A stretch of DNA of 64,000 bases from Camelus dromedarius (GCF_036321535.1 NC_087450.1:57908001-57972000), one strand, 5' to 3'; shown: positions 24,310 through 37,439, numbered from the stretch's first letter. The notes: generated by a model not told the origin, from the letters alone. A program made the numbers and translations.

Positions 24310-24990
24310 TTCCTCTAAGCCATCTCCAGATGTGGCCAGAGTGATCTGTATAAAGCACACAGTTTAGGTCATGTCACCTCATTACACTCGGGATAAAGTC
24401 CACACCCCTTAGCACAGCGTATGACTAAACAGTGCAACCTGCGCTTTTGCAATTCTGCTCCTTTGCCTGCAGCTCACTGCTAGAAACTCCCCTGCCCCCA
24501 CTTCCCTGCTCCTCTTCCTGCTTGGCAAGCTCCCCTCAACTTTCCCGACTGGGCTAGGACCACCCCCCCATTGCTCCAGGTGGCCTCCCCAGCCCTCTAG
24601 CCTGGGTTGAATGTCCCACGTGTCCTACAGTGCTTGTGCATCACCCCAATACTATGTTTACCACATTCTGTTTGTAATACTCGATTTTCTGTTTGTGTCT
24701 GTCTCTACAATAGTGGGAGCTTTTCAGGAAGAGCGCCAGGATTGTACTGCTTTCATTTTGCCATCCCAAGCCTCCTGGTATTCACATAGTAAATACCTGG
24801 AAGTGGTCACTGAAGGGATGCATTCCTCTGCAGGGGTCTGTTCTGCCTCTCAGACTCCTTCCTTCGGCACCACGTCTGGGATTGGCTTAAATAACCCTCC
24901 CATTGCAGGAGACTGAGGGTCTCATGCTTCAGTCCCGGTATCTGATACACAGTAGACCCAAAATAAACATGGATGAATGAATAAATATCA
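24310..24990 (+). mobile_element. L2 fragment(s)
   Basis: GCCAGAGTGATCT...ATGTCACC...GATAAAGTCCA, ending in TGGATGAATGAATAAAT. Confidence 0.65.
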
Positions 24991-26609
24991 AGCTGTAAAA
25001 CCAAAGACAAGAACAGTAAAGGCCTGATGTTATTAGAACTTAGATATATTAATTAAAAAACATGTAAATCTGAACATCGGCTTATTTAGGCTGTCTCTAA
25101 CAGCTCTCTAAAACAGAAGTTAAAATTCTTATCTATTTGTGGTTGGCAATGCTTTCTTTATTTTAAATTTTTTTACTGTTTCTAAAATTATAAAAATAAT
25201 ATATGTTTACAGATTTTTTTAAAAGAAGGAAATTTAAATAATACAGAGGGTTTAGGGTACAGTCACTCCCCCCTTCATCCCGTCCCTCTCCCCAGAAATA
25301 ACCATTGTTACCAGTTTCCATATATCTTTCTTTGTATGTATCCACAAACATACATGTTTTATCTTCTTACACAGTGGGATTTGTACCACTCACAACCCTC
25401 CTCAACCAGCTTGCTTTCACTTATTAGGGTCTTAAACATTTTTCATGTCAGCGCATATACATCTACCATACTTAAAAAAAATAGCTGCATATTATTTCCT
25501 TGGATTGACATATGATAGCTAGACCCCGTCAGTAAGCAATTAGTGTTTTTATCTCCAGTTTTTCACAGTTACAGACATTCTGCAATAAACATCCCTCTGA
25601 CTAGACACTGTGTGCCTGATCAAATATAGCCGTATGGTAAATCCCCAGAATTGGAGTTGCTATGATAAAAGCACACACAGTTTCAACTTTTATAGATCTG
25701 ACCCAATTGTTTTCCAAAAGGCTGCTGCATTTGGACTCCTACCAACAGGAGGTGGGACTTCTTTAAGTGCCACCCCTTGTCAACCAGGGGCATTATCGGA
25801 TTTTGCTTTGCTAGTCTGTTAGATGAAAAATAGTATCTCGTTGTTTTGATTTGCATTTTTAAAAATGAAGAGATTTAGCATCTTTTCAATTGTTTGGTAA
25901 TGACATTTTTAAGCTCAAGGATAGGATTGTGTTTCTTTAAGAGAAGCGAGATCTTTGAGTTACCTTCCCAAGTCATGGTTCTTCCGAGTGGGGAGCGAGT
26001 TTTGGACCCCTCTCCTGTAGGAGACCACAGGGTTCTACGAGACTTGTGGACATAAAGAGGCAGATGGGGAGGTGGATTGGGAGAGTCACAGGCCTGGGTT
26101 CTAGCCCAGGTTCTGCTGACCGACAGGGTGACTTCAGTAGAGTCACTTCTCTCTGGGCTTCAGAAAAAGGAAGAGGTTGGATAGGTCATCTGGTCCCTTC
26201 CAGCGCCAATGTCCCCTGATGCTAATAAGAATAGTTGCTAAGAATAGTTCTGATCTCAGCTACCCACAGTTTACAGACTGACATCTAAGCTCCTAAGCCT
26301 GGCATTCAAACTCCTTCCACATTTGGCCCCAACACACAGTTCCAAAGTTGTGTCCTAGTTAAAAGCCCCCAAGGCCCTGGACCCCATCACAGAATTCCCT
26401 GAATATGTCCTGCAATTTCAGACCCCTGGTTGCCTGTGCTGTTCCTTCTCTCTACCTCACCACCTTGGTCCTGCATCTTCTTTCAAGGCCAACCTCCAAT
26501 GCTGTCTCCTCCAGGACCTTTCCCATCCTGTGCACACATCTCTCCCAGCTCCTCAGCTACCACTCATCACAAGCTTCTCTGCTTTTTAATTAATTCAGTT
26601 TCTCATGAG

Positions 26610-26800
26610 TCTGAGAGAATGACTTTATGTCTGTCAGATCTGGATTCAAATCTAGATCTGCCTCCTATTTTTACCTGAAGCAACCTGCTTCTCTGCCAGT
26701 CCTCGATTTTCTCGTCTGTAAAATAAGGGAAACAGGATCAAGTTTTGTGGCGTTAAATCAGATAATGGAGTTAAAGAAGCTCACGCAGTGCCTGACACAA
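26610..26800 (+). mobile_element. MIR
   Basis: GATCTGGATTCAAATCTAG...TTTCTCGTCTGTAAAATAAGG...TAAAGAAGCTCACGCAGTGCCTGACACA. Confidence 0.75.
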
Positions 26801-28444
26801 AGACACTGGATAGTTGGCTTCCATCTCCTTTGGAGACCAGCAGGTCAGGGACCCCTTCCCATTCCTCCAAGTGCTTGCTTGTTGGCCAGGTGACCTAATC
26901 ATAGCCTGACCCACCATTTGCAGGACTCATCACAGGCTGGGACCTCTTCCTGATGAAGCAGCCTGTATTGAAGGGACAGCTAAAGTAGTTGCAAGAAAAT
27001 GGCACAGCCTCCCTTCCTGACCTCCAAGAATCTGTACCAGCCAGTTCCCAAGAGCCATTGGCTCTCGCCCTGTCTGCCAGGGCCTCTTGTGAGATGAACG
27101 TCTTCCACTCTGGACGAACTGGGTATGGAAGGGAGAGTGTGGAATCTCCACCCTTGCCTCCCAGCTCTGTGACTTAGGAAAGTTATTGAACCTCTGAGCC
27201 TCAGTTTCCCCAATGACGGAATATGGGATAATGATTCCTACCACCAAGGGCTGGCTGGTTTATTTTGTTTCATGAAAAGTGACTCAAACAATACCGGACC
27301 TATTGGAACCCAATAAATATTCAATGTTCCATCTCCGTATTTTCCTCACTATATTATAAGCTGCTTAAGGGACAGAAACTATATTTAAAAAAAAATCCCT
27401 GATCATCCAGCACGAGGATAAGCATATTATAGAGGATCAACAATCGTAGTTATTCAGGCTGGTAATGACAGAAACCTTCTTTTGGCAGTATTCAGTGTTT
27501 AAAGTGATCATGTGCCTGAGCTCATTTGATTCTTAAAGCAACCCTTTGAGGTAGACAGGGTTACACCTACACCCATCTTGTAGATGGTGAAGCAAGGTCC
27601 AGAGATACTTTCAAAGTCTCATAGCCAGTAAATCTGGGTTGTGAACCCAGGTGTCTTTTTTCCAAATCCCACATTTGTGCTCCAGGTGGTGACACGGCCA
27701 ACTTTGAGTATTTCTGTGTGACATTCTGGGTTTCGCCTGTGGCCCCATCATAGAGCAGCCTGGACACTTTAAATGTGGCAGAGCCATGGCTGGGCTTCTA
27801 GTGACAACAGCTGGCCTGGGAGATGGCTTTTGATTATTCTCTAAGTTGACTCTCAGGCTTAGAGGACACACTGACTCTCAGAACTCTCTCCACATTTTGG
27901 TATCCATGTGCTCTTTTCAAATGTCCTTAGTGGCCCTGCTGTGAATGTGCTTGCTCCTGGAACTTTGCCCCTTCCCCTCCCTGCCCACCTGTCAGACCAG
28001 GATGACTGCAGTCTCAGGTGAGTCTTGTCAAATACTTGGGACTCAATCCAGACCATCTCCCTGTTTCTGAACGGAGGCAGAAGAAGCTATGCCAAGTTGG
28101 GTGTCACCTTCTTGCTGGCAACTAAAACCCAGATATCTCACATTCTTTTCTTATGGCTTCACTGTAAATCGATCATTCCAGTGAAGGCTCAACAGTTGCA
28201 ACATAGCTGTCAGAAATCTCTCAGCTTAGGAACACTGGCCTTAACCTCCAGTAAACCTCTCTGACATGTGACTAACTCTGTGTGGGGTGGAGCCATGATG
28301 TGTACTGCCATTTCAAGAAAACGCCCCAGACAGGGGTGCTGGGGGGCTGTGACTCTGCTTGCTGGCTCACATTTGCATATTTTCTCTTCAAAGAAAATGT
28401 GTCTAGTGGTAAAACACCTTCTGTAAAATAATATCCATTTTAAA

Positions 28445-28945
28445 TTGTTGTATATATACAATGGAATATTACTCAGCTACGAAAAAGAATGAAATAATGC
28501 CATTTGCAGCAACATGGACAGACCTAGAGATTATCATACTAAGTGAAGTAAGTCAGACAGAAAGACAAATATCATTGGGTATCACTTATGTGTGGAATCT
28601 AAAAAATGATACAAATGAACTTATTTACAAAACAGAAATAGACTTACAGACATAGAAAACAAACTTATAGTTACCAAGGCGGGAAGAGTGGGGGATAAAC
28701 TAGGAGTTTAGGATTAACAGATACACACTACTATCCATAAAATAGATAAATAACAAGGACCTAGTGTATAGCACAGGGAATTATATTCAATATTTTGTAA
28801 TAATCTATGACAGAAAAGAATCTGAAAAAGAATATATATATTTACAAATATATGCATGTATGTATAACTGAATCACTTTGCTGTACACCTGAAACTAACA
28901 CAACATTGTAAATCAACTTTATTTCAATAAAAAAATAAAATTTAA
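28445..28945 (+). mobile_element. L1 (L1MA/artiodactyl-type) 3' fragment
   Basis: Encodes the L1 ORF2 C-terminal motif MEYYSATKKNEIMPFAATWTDLEIIILSEVSQ, followed by the 3'UTR and an AATAAAAAAATAAAA tail. Confidence 0.92.
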
Positions 28946-31900
28946 AAAATCACACTCGTACTTATAAGAAACTTTTTTTGTAGCATCTCATCACATTTTA
29001 ATACAAGAGAGAAATTATTCTAATAGATAGGGAGCCAAAAAAGAGGGATTAGGTCACTTGCCCAAAGTTGACATTTCACTATCTCGGTTATTACACATAG
29101 ATATATTCACTTTTGTATATCTTTCAAAACCATGAGACTATTGAGTCCTAGTGTCTGAAATTTTGAGTTACGCCTGTTGGTGATAATTAGAAAAGGGAAG
29201 AATGAGAGGTCGAAAAAAGGAAAGGGGAAAAATCAGGACAATTTTGTGACAAGAATCAAGAAAGAAAAGAAGTAGAAGCAGGTCTTGCAGTTTCCGGATT
29301 GCTTGCCATGAGGGGAGAGGGACTGGTGTGTCTTTGGTCTGAAGTTATCTTGGGCATAACTATGGCTGTGTTACTTTGGAGTTCGGACGTAACTGAGCAT
29401 GATTTACTTACATATCCTTCAATCCTTTTAATAAAAGCTCCTCAAGGCATCACAAAACCTTAAGTGGCTCTACTCTGGGGCTATTGTGGGGATCAGCAGA
29501 TGGGGACAGTGACTCTGAGACAGGAAATCGGGGTCTTTTAACACGTAGATGGAGGAATGGGCAAAGCACAAAAAAATGCTTCTTAGTATACACGTGATCC
29601 TTAATAAAGCAAAACAGATGCACGAGCATCTCATTGAAAATGCGCAGAAGAGAGATCCTGCCAAGTTTCAGGTGAGCTATGGGTAGTAAGTGGAAATTAA
29701 CTGTACAAACCTCATTATCACAAATTACATGTATGAAATCTCCTAAACATGCTTCTTCTTTGGCAAGTTGCCTATATTATTTTATCTTTGTGAATTCTGT
29801 TTTTCACATAAGGTTTCAAATGTCTTAACCTCAAAATCTCCTACCCAACCCTCAATGTATATTTATAACAGGTCATCAAGGAAGAATAACGGTTCTCCTG
29901 AGACATGAGAGGACGCTCCTGACAGAGAATCCAGCATGGCCTAGGTGCCCAGTGTGTGTCATGGCTCGTCCAGGAGCCCCATGGCTGAGATGGAGGGAGC
30001 AAGGACAAGGGTGCCCGACCAGAGAAATTGTGTGTGAGCCACACTCTAAGGGCTCCCGGGCAAGGCCATCCGGCTGTAGGCAGCAAGGAGCCATCAAAGG
30101 CTTTTGAGCCTCAGAGTGCTATTAGATCTATTTTTGGAAAATAACTGGCAGAGGAATGAGAAATGTTTGGGAAGGAGAGAGGTGATGATGGCCTGAGCTG
30201 GACAGTAGCTATGTCTTTGGAGGATGGGAGGCTGGCCAGAGAGGTACTTGGCCATGGTGCTGCCAGGGCTGAGTGACTGAGTAATGGATGAGACATTGGA
30301 GATGACAGACAGGAGGGCTGGCAATTTATAGCTTGGGGTGATTAGTCAAATGGGGCTGTAACTGCAAGACAGATTGCACAGAGGACAAACAGGTTTGGGG
30401 TGGAAGCTTGGAGGAGGGGGTTGGTAAGGATATACTCCAGTCATAAATGCTAATGCTTTCTTCTTCACAGCAGCAGTTGGGTTCCTTAATTCCAAGCTGG
30501 CATCTTCAGGGGTTGAGGTCTTTGAGAGACACTGCAGTAAGTTGGAAAAACCCACAGATTCTGAAGCTAGACTACCTGGGACCAAAATGTCTCAATGTTT
30601 TTATTTGGAAAATTATACAGTACCACACAATATGACCATTAAGAGGATTAAAAGGGGCGATTTGTGCTAAGTGCTTAGGGCCTGGCACATTCTAAGCACC
30701 CTATAGGTATTTGATAAGGCCACGGTAGACCATGGGCAAACGTTATGCCCATTTCGCCCTCTTCTGTCTTTAAAGTACTTCAATTTGATTCAAAACCAAC
30801 ATTTGGAAGGCAGACAACTAAGTTCATTCATTGAATAGTCATCATTGCACTGCAGTAACTGATAAGAAAGCAGGAAACTTAAAAATTTTCCCTTTTCCTC
30901 ATCATTAGTTTCATCAAAGGCATTTATTAAACATCTGTTTGATGTAGGGTTCTATATGGAGCCATGAGAAATGGGCCCCCGTCTCAGAGGCTTCCTGCCT
31001 TTTTAGGACAACAGGATAGGCGGGCTAAACTAAGTGCCAAAAACAGGATGTGCTGTAGGTGCTGAGGAACGGAGCTCCCTGGATGCCTTTTCAGACAGAG
31101 AGAGGATGAAATAGGTTGAGGTCAGGGAGGTGGGAAGCCAGTGGGGGGTGGGGGGGTAGTCCCTTTACCCTGTGCCTGGGCTTGGGCAGTGGGGTGTCGG
31201 GTGATAAAATGCAGACTCTGAGGTCAACCCACCCACTCAGCTCCACAGGCAGGGGTGAGGAGGGGGCAGGCAGGGGAGCCCTGGCTACAGTCCGCACGAG
31301 CACCCGTCTTGATGAGACGCAGATCCCCGGGCTACACTTTGAGAAAGAAACTGTGGATAGATGGGCGGGAGAGGGGTTGACGTGTGCAAACTGTGTTTTG
31401 GCAGGATGGCTGAGAGGGGAGTGGGAGAGGCGGGGCCCTGCCCGAGGGCCCCAGCAGGGTGACTGCTTAGGGCACCAGGGACCCAGAGCACAGACATTCC
31501 GGGGGAGACTTACTCTGACGTGGATTTCTAAAGAGAGAAAAGCGAAAATACGTAAACAGGTTTTATAATATTTTCTTATCCATTAACATGGTAAGGAACA
31601 CAGTTTTCCTACTTTTAACCTTGAGAGTTTTTAAATTCAGAGACCACCTTTTTCATTTTAGAGAATGTTTACCTTAATCACTTAACCTGAATTAACGTGG
31701 ACCACGATGGTGACAAAAGCTAATTACATTTAAGTAGTATTCTAACTTAAAAATTCCTTTAGGAATATCTGTGAGTCACCCTGTACAACTTAAATATCCA
31801 TGAAACATGTAGTAATTGTTCCAGAAGGAAATCATTGTTGCAGAGGGCAAAAGGCCAAGTGAGCTGAAATACCAGGCTCTTAATTTATAGTCAATAAAAG

Positions 31901-33769
31901 AACTCTTTTGTCAGGTCTTCTCAAGTCGTAGTGGATTATCAGGTAGGTCTGGCACTAAAATCACTTTATGCTTAAATACTTCACAAGCGCACAAAACAAG
32001 GGAACTTACACTAAGGGCTTCCTGAAAACGTTTTGTGAGATGTAATACGGTGTGAATTTACTTAGCTTTCAAGAATGCAGAGGTACTTTAAATTTTAAAA
32101 AGTCACCGGCTACATACTCAAGATAAAAATACACACTTTTAACGATCTGCAATATAGAACTCCACAGAACTTTTACAGCTGCCACACTGGAAATTCTATT
32201 CAAGGTTTTCTTTGAGACTCAGAAATAATGCTCCTTCTCTCCCAAGCAGTGTAGATTTCTGTGTCAATATCGGGTTGAATCAGTACTGCTTTCCCTGCCA
32301 CCCCCCGCCCAGGTGGCTTTGTGCCAATGCAGGAAAAGACAAATCCCAAGAGATAACAAAGAACTACAGACACGCTGCAGGTCAGTGCTCGGCCGCCTTC
32401 CTTTGGGCTATAGACGTGCCATTTCTGAGTGGCAGTGACAGGTCTGCCGCTTCCCATCCTGAGAAATGCTATCCTTCAGTGAGATAAGGCACCCATGGCT
32501 CATCACCCTGTGAACCATCCTTACGTTCCCACGACAAGGTTGATTGATCCCACGCAAGAGGAGCCAAAGCTGGCAGGTAGAAGACACTCTCTTTCCTCTT
32601 AAGTCTAATGCAGAATCTTAAACTTGTCTAAAGAAACTTATATATTTTTTGAAGGATTAAAAAAACACACAAAAACCCAAACCAACAAAACTATGTTCAA
32701 AATGTATGAGCTATCCCCGAGGATTAATGAACAACTATTTGGGCTAATGTTCTGTATTTTCGGGAAAAGACACTCATTATACTTTCACCAATTCAAAGTT
32801 AAAAAAATGAAGTTTAAAGATTTTGCTTTCATCTACTGTGACCAAACCCTTAACGGCTATAGTTGTAGATGGAGAGATTTATCTAGACACATTACATGAG
32901 AAAACATGTAAAATGTTCAGTAAGTAGAAAGATGCTTGAGAAATGTTTCACAGCTGTGCTTTCCATGATGCTTTGATGATCTAAATCAACTAAGAACATG
33001 AGGTTTAACTCCGCCTCAGCACACGTATGCTATACTCGCATGGCCATGAGCTTAGACTGAGCACCGAGAGGCATTCTACTTCCACCCCCTGAAGTATCTG
33101 ATTTCACACTATTACAATAGTTACTGGATCTGAGACCATGTGAAATCCTCCTTGGTTCTATTTCCCTTTAGGGTGGTCACCTAAATCATAAAATTATGTT
33201 TCACTGCAGTGGTAAGTAATTTATTTATAAAAACAAACAAAAAACCCCAAATAAGATTTATTCGTAAAAGAGATTCCATCCAAATCAGCATGTATCACAA
33301 GTCACTCTAGTGGTAAAAGGTTACTTCCCCTGGAAGGGGAATCAGTTTGAAAAAGAGGCGATTCCTGCTCCTGGCAGGGGCAGCCTGGGAGCCAGGGACT
33401 CGCCCCCGGGAGCCCGGCTCCTCCACGCCCTGGGCCTCTCAGAGTTGTAGGTCTTCCTCTTCTCCGCTCCCGTTGGCTCTATTGTGCACCCACTGAGGCG
33501 CTTAGCCTGCTTCTGCCTTTTTTCATAACTGTGGCTTTGCAGTTTAGAAATAACTGAGGCAAGTATTCAGGCAGAGAGGGTTTGAGATCACCTACAAGGT
33601 ACCCTGTATCAACGTGGGCGGGGTGATGGCATCACAGAAGAATGGCTGCCCAGCCTACTAAGGTGCCCCTGAGGCTGAGAGGGACGCAGAAGCACCGCCA
33701 TGCTCCCAGCAAGGACACGGAAGGCAGCTGGTGGAGCTGAGCGCCAGCGGCCTTGCAGACGGACCTGAG

Positions 33770-33835
33770 CGGGTGGTTCCCACGCTTCACTGTGTGTGTA
33801 TCAGAATCACCTGGAGGGCTTATTACCAAACTCAA
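33770..33835 (+). mobile_element. MER5A-like hAT fragment (5' part)
   Basis: GTGGTTCCCACGCTT...ATCAGAATCACCTGGAGGGCTTATTA. Confidence 0.65.
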
Positions 33836-33929
33836 CTCTTTATCCAACTAACGTGCCATCGTGCTTCAAATCATGGTGTTGAGTCCATAAAATGCACATG
33901 CAAATAACTGCAGTTCAGATCTTTGGAAA

Positions 33930-34672
33930 ACAATTTTTTAAGTTATAGAAAACACGCTTCTTATATACCACCACCCCACACACACACACACAAATCCCAG
34001 CCCTGAGCAGAAGCGTTGCCACCTGTTTCAACAGCTCGTTTCTTTTCGTAGCTGAGCAGTGTTCCCTTGTGTGCGTGTACCACATCCATTCAACCGGTGA
34101 TGGTCATTTGGCTTGTGTACCTTTTTTATCTCAAATAAAGTTGCTATGAATATTTGTGTGTAAGTCTTTGTGTAGAAATACGCTTTTATTTTTCTTGGGT
34201 AGACACCTAATAGTGGAATGGCTGAATGATACAGTAGGTATATTTTTCACTTTTTAGAAACTACCAAACTGTTTTCTAAAATGGTTGTGCCATTTTATAT
34301 TCCCACCAGCAGCTGGGAGAACCAGTTGCTCCCAATCCTTGCCAACACTTACTATGGGCAGTCTTTTAAAATTTAAGCCGTTCTAGTGTGTGTGTGGTGG
34401 TATTTCCTTCCAGTTTTAACTTGCATTTCCCGAATAACTAATGATGTTGGGCGCCTTTTAAGTGCTTATTTGTTCTCTGTATATTTTCTCTGGTGAAATG
34501 TCTGCTCAAATCTGCCTATTTTTAATGGGTTGTTTGCTTTCTTATTATTGAATTGTAAGAATTATTTATATAGATACAAGTCCTCTGTCAGATATGTTTT
34601 GCAAATACTTTTTCACACTCAGTGGTTTAAATTTTCATTTTCATAGCAGTGTCTTTTGAAAAGCAAAACTTT
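33930..34672 (-). mobile_element. Old L1M ORF2 end / 3' fragment
   Basis: GTGGAATGGCTGAATGAT...AACTACCAAACTGTTTTC...ATATGTTTTGCAAATACTTTTTC, typical antisense L1M ORF2 end. Confidence 0.8.
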
Positions 34673-35225
34673 CTCAAGAAGAAATAGATAACCTGAATAA
34701 TCCTATAGGTATTAAAGAAACTGAATTTATAGTTGAAAACCCTTCCCCATCCAGACCCAGATGAGCTTCACTACTGAATATTTAAGAAATAATTCTACAC
34801 AAACGCTTCTAGAAAATAAAAATAGAAGAGACGGGGATGCGTCACAAATCACTCGGTGATTATTTATAGCATTACTCTGATATCAAAACTAGATAATTCA
34901 CAAGAAAGCAAGCTACAGAACAGCATTCCTCATGAACATGGATGCAAAAATTCTTAAAATTACAGAAAGTCAAATTCAGCAATAATTTAAAAGGATAATA
35001 GGTCATGACTAAATGCAGTTTATCCTAGGATGCAAGATTGGTTTAACAAACTCAATGTAATCTACCATAGTAACTGGCTAAAAAAGAAAAACCATACCAT
35101 CATCTCACAGATGCAGGAAAAGCATCTGAAAAAAACTCAACATTAATCCCCAACGAAGAACTCTCAGTAAGCTAAGGTAGATGGGAACTCGCTCAGTCTC
35201 ATAAAGAGCATCTATGCAGACTTGT
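34673..35225 (+). mobile_element. L1M mid-ORF2 (RT region) fragment in opposite orientation
   Basis: GAAGAAATAGATAACCTGAATA...CATGAACATGGATGCAAAAATTCTT...CAGATGCAGGAAAAGCATCTGA. Confidence 0.82.
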
Positions 35226-35329
35226 TTTCTATCGATACTAACTCCCTACGAGAGCACACTGTCTAAACATGTTATTCATATTGTGATAATTCCTACATTT
35301 AGGAACAGAATGTAATCCTTTTGACATAG

Positions 35330-35880
35330 GTTGGATCACATCATTCTTTTGCTCAAAACTGTCCAGTGGCTTCCTGTGACATACATCAGATAAAAGCCAA
35401 AGCCCTTACCATGGCCCTGAAGGCCACCCCTTCCATCCTATCTGCTGCCACCCTCCCCTGCGACCACAGCACTCCAGCTGACCAGGACAATTAGCCACGC
35501 CTTGAATCCACGGTGCACACTCCTGCCTCAGAGCTTCCGCGTGTTCCCTCTGCCTGGAGTGATCTCCCCCTGGGTAGCTATACAGCTTGCTCCCTCGACT
35601 GTACGTCATACAGTTCGTCTTGGCTCAAATGTCACCTCCCCAGAGGGTCCTTCCTTGACTATTTTTTATAAAATGGCCCACCCTATCACTTATCCCTTAC
35701 CTTGATTTTTCTTCGTTGTACCTCAGTACCCCAAATACTATTTCTTTGTATACTAGCTGCCCCTCCCAATTAGAACAGATCCTTAAAGACCCTGTTCACT
35801 GCTGTATCTCCAGGGTCTAGAATGTACTTGAAACATAGAAGTTGCTCATTATGTATTTATTGCATGAATAAACAAATTGT
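35330..35880 (+). mobile_element. L2 3' fragment
   Basis: GATCACATCATTCTTTTGCTCAAAACTGTCCAGTGGCTTCC...CTGCCTGGAGTG...CACTGCTGTATCTCCAGGGTCTAGAA...TATTTATTGCATGAATAAA. Confidence 0.8.
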
Positions 35881-36667
35881 GAATCAGAATGCCTGATTTT
35901 CCAGTATTCTCACAGATGTTATAAACCTTTATAATCTTTGCCAATCTAATATATGGGAAATAATATCTTCATACTTTGTATTTAATATGAGTGAGGCCAG
36001 GCATCCTATCACATTTTTTAGCTTGGCCTTTGTTTTTCTTTTTTTCTGAAAGCTATCTTTTCCCTACTGCTTTACAAGGGATATTGATACATTAAAGGAA
36101 TGATTCCTTTGTCCACCATATACTACAAATATGTTTTTCCAGTCAGTCTTTGCCTTTGACTTCATAGTCACATTATCAATCTTTTCCTTTTGGTTTCTGG
36201 TTTTGAGATATCTTAGAAAGTCCTTCCCCATTCCAAGGTCAGCATAGTATTCATCTTGTTTTCTTCTAATACTTTATATATGTGTATTTAAAGATTATGA
36301 TATTTAGATCTTTGATCCATCTGGGATTTTCTTTGGGGTATAAAGAGTAAGGAAGCAACCTAGTTTAAAAAGCTAATTTAGTTTTAAAATACATGGAATA
36401 CAAATTTCTGGATACCATTTATATAACATTGTTATTTTAACAATAGGAACGTTCATAATTTAAAAAATTAATTCAAACAAAGCTCACTTGTTTTCCAGTA
36501 TACATTTTTATAAGCAGTTTGATACATATATATGTACATATGCGTGTCTACGTATGTATACGTATATGCAATAAAATTCTATTCTCACCATTCTCTGGAG
36601 TGTTACAATTTGATCTTACTGTCACTATTAAAATATTTTCCCCAGAAGAGTTTCCACTTCATTTTTC

Positions 36668-36875
36668 TCAATGTCTTCTCACTTTCCTGGATTTTGAAGA
36701 TTTCTTTTTTGTTTTATTATTATACTTTTTTTTAAAAAGTCTCTTTTCTATTAAGCTCACTTCTTCATGGAGAAAGGACGTCTTTATTCTTAGTAAGAAG
36801 GAGAAGAGATTTAGGACAAACCGGTAACTCAGAGAAAAATTTGATTCCTCATAGGTTGTCACATGTTTACAGTAG
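36668..36875 (-). CDS. TAF1B: TAF1B terminal coding exon (exon 15, 208 coding nt including TGA)
   Basis: Encodes (S)YCKHVTTYEESNFSLSYRFVLNLFSFLLRIKTSFLHEEVSLIEKRLFKKKYNNKTKKKSSKSRKVRRH*, matching the TAF1B C-terminus; acceptor tctag|C. Confidence 0.95.
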
Positions 36876-37439
36876 CTAGAAGGGAGGAAAAGAAGACACC
36901 ATCATTTAAACGGTCACTTAGAAATGCCTGCATCTATCCCTTGAACATCCCCCAATAACAACCAATATATACGGTTAGGCCTAAAATAGTACTCTGAGCT
37001 GGAAGGGAACTTAGAACAATTTGGAAGGAAACCTCTTAATTTTGTAAAGGAAAAAATTTTCGGAGTGCCTCTGGCCATGATGCGTGAGACACGGGTGGTA
37101 CAGAGCCAGGTCTCATGACTCCTCTTCCACTCTGGGGCCCACCCCTCTTACCGTGGTCAAGGCGAACCAAAGCACACAGGGAGAGATGCTGGACATATTT
37201 TAAAACAAACAAAAGAAAACAAATAATCCCCAACTCCCTCCCCCAAATAAGACACCACACTTACTAATATATGCCCAATTCTGTATGTGCTCTATAGAAA
37301 GAAGAGTTCACAAAGCAGTATTTCTTATTTTAAAGTAGTAGGACCTGAATCTGACTAAATCTCTAAAATGCTAATTAAAACTGCTAACTAATTGTATTAA
37401 TCTTTAACTATACCAAGGTATGAGTGGACCAGGGGACAG

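Noticed and set aside
28461-28655. ORF MEYYSATKKNEIMPFAATW... and similar ORFs at 62414-63401
   Set aside because: Fragments of L1 ORF2/endonuclease, not host genes; no intact L1 ORF is present.
32200-32487. 85-91 aa ORFs on both strands in the intergenic region
   Set aside because: No homology I recognise and no convincing splice sites; TAF1B already terminates at 36668.
36819-36826. AACCGGTA GRHL-like site within the TAF1B last exon
   Set aside because: 7/8 match produced by the Y-R-F codons; explained by coding sequence, and I recall the human residues differing.
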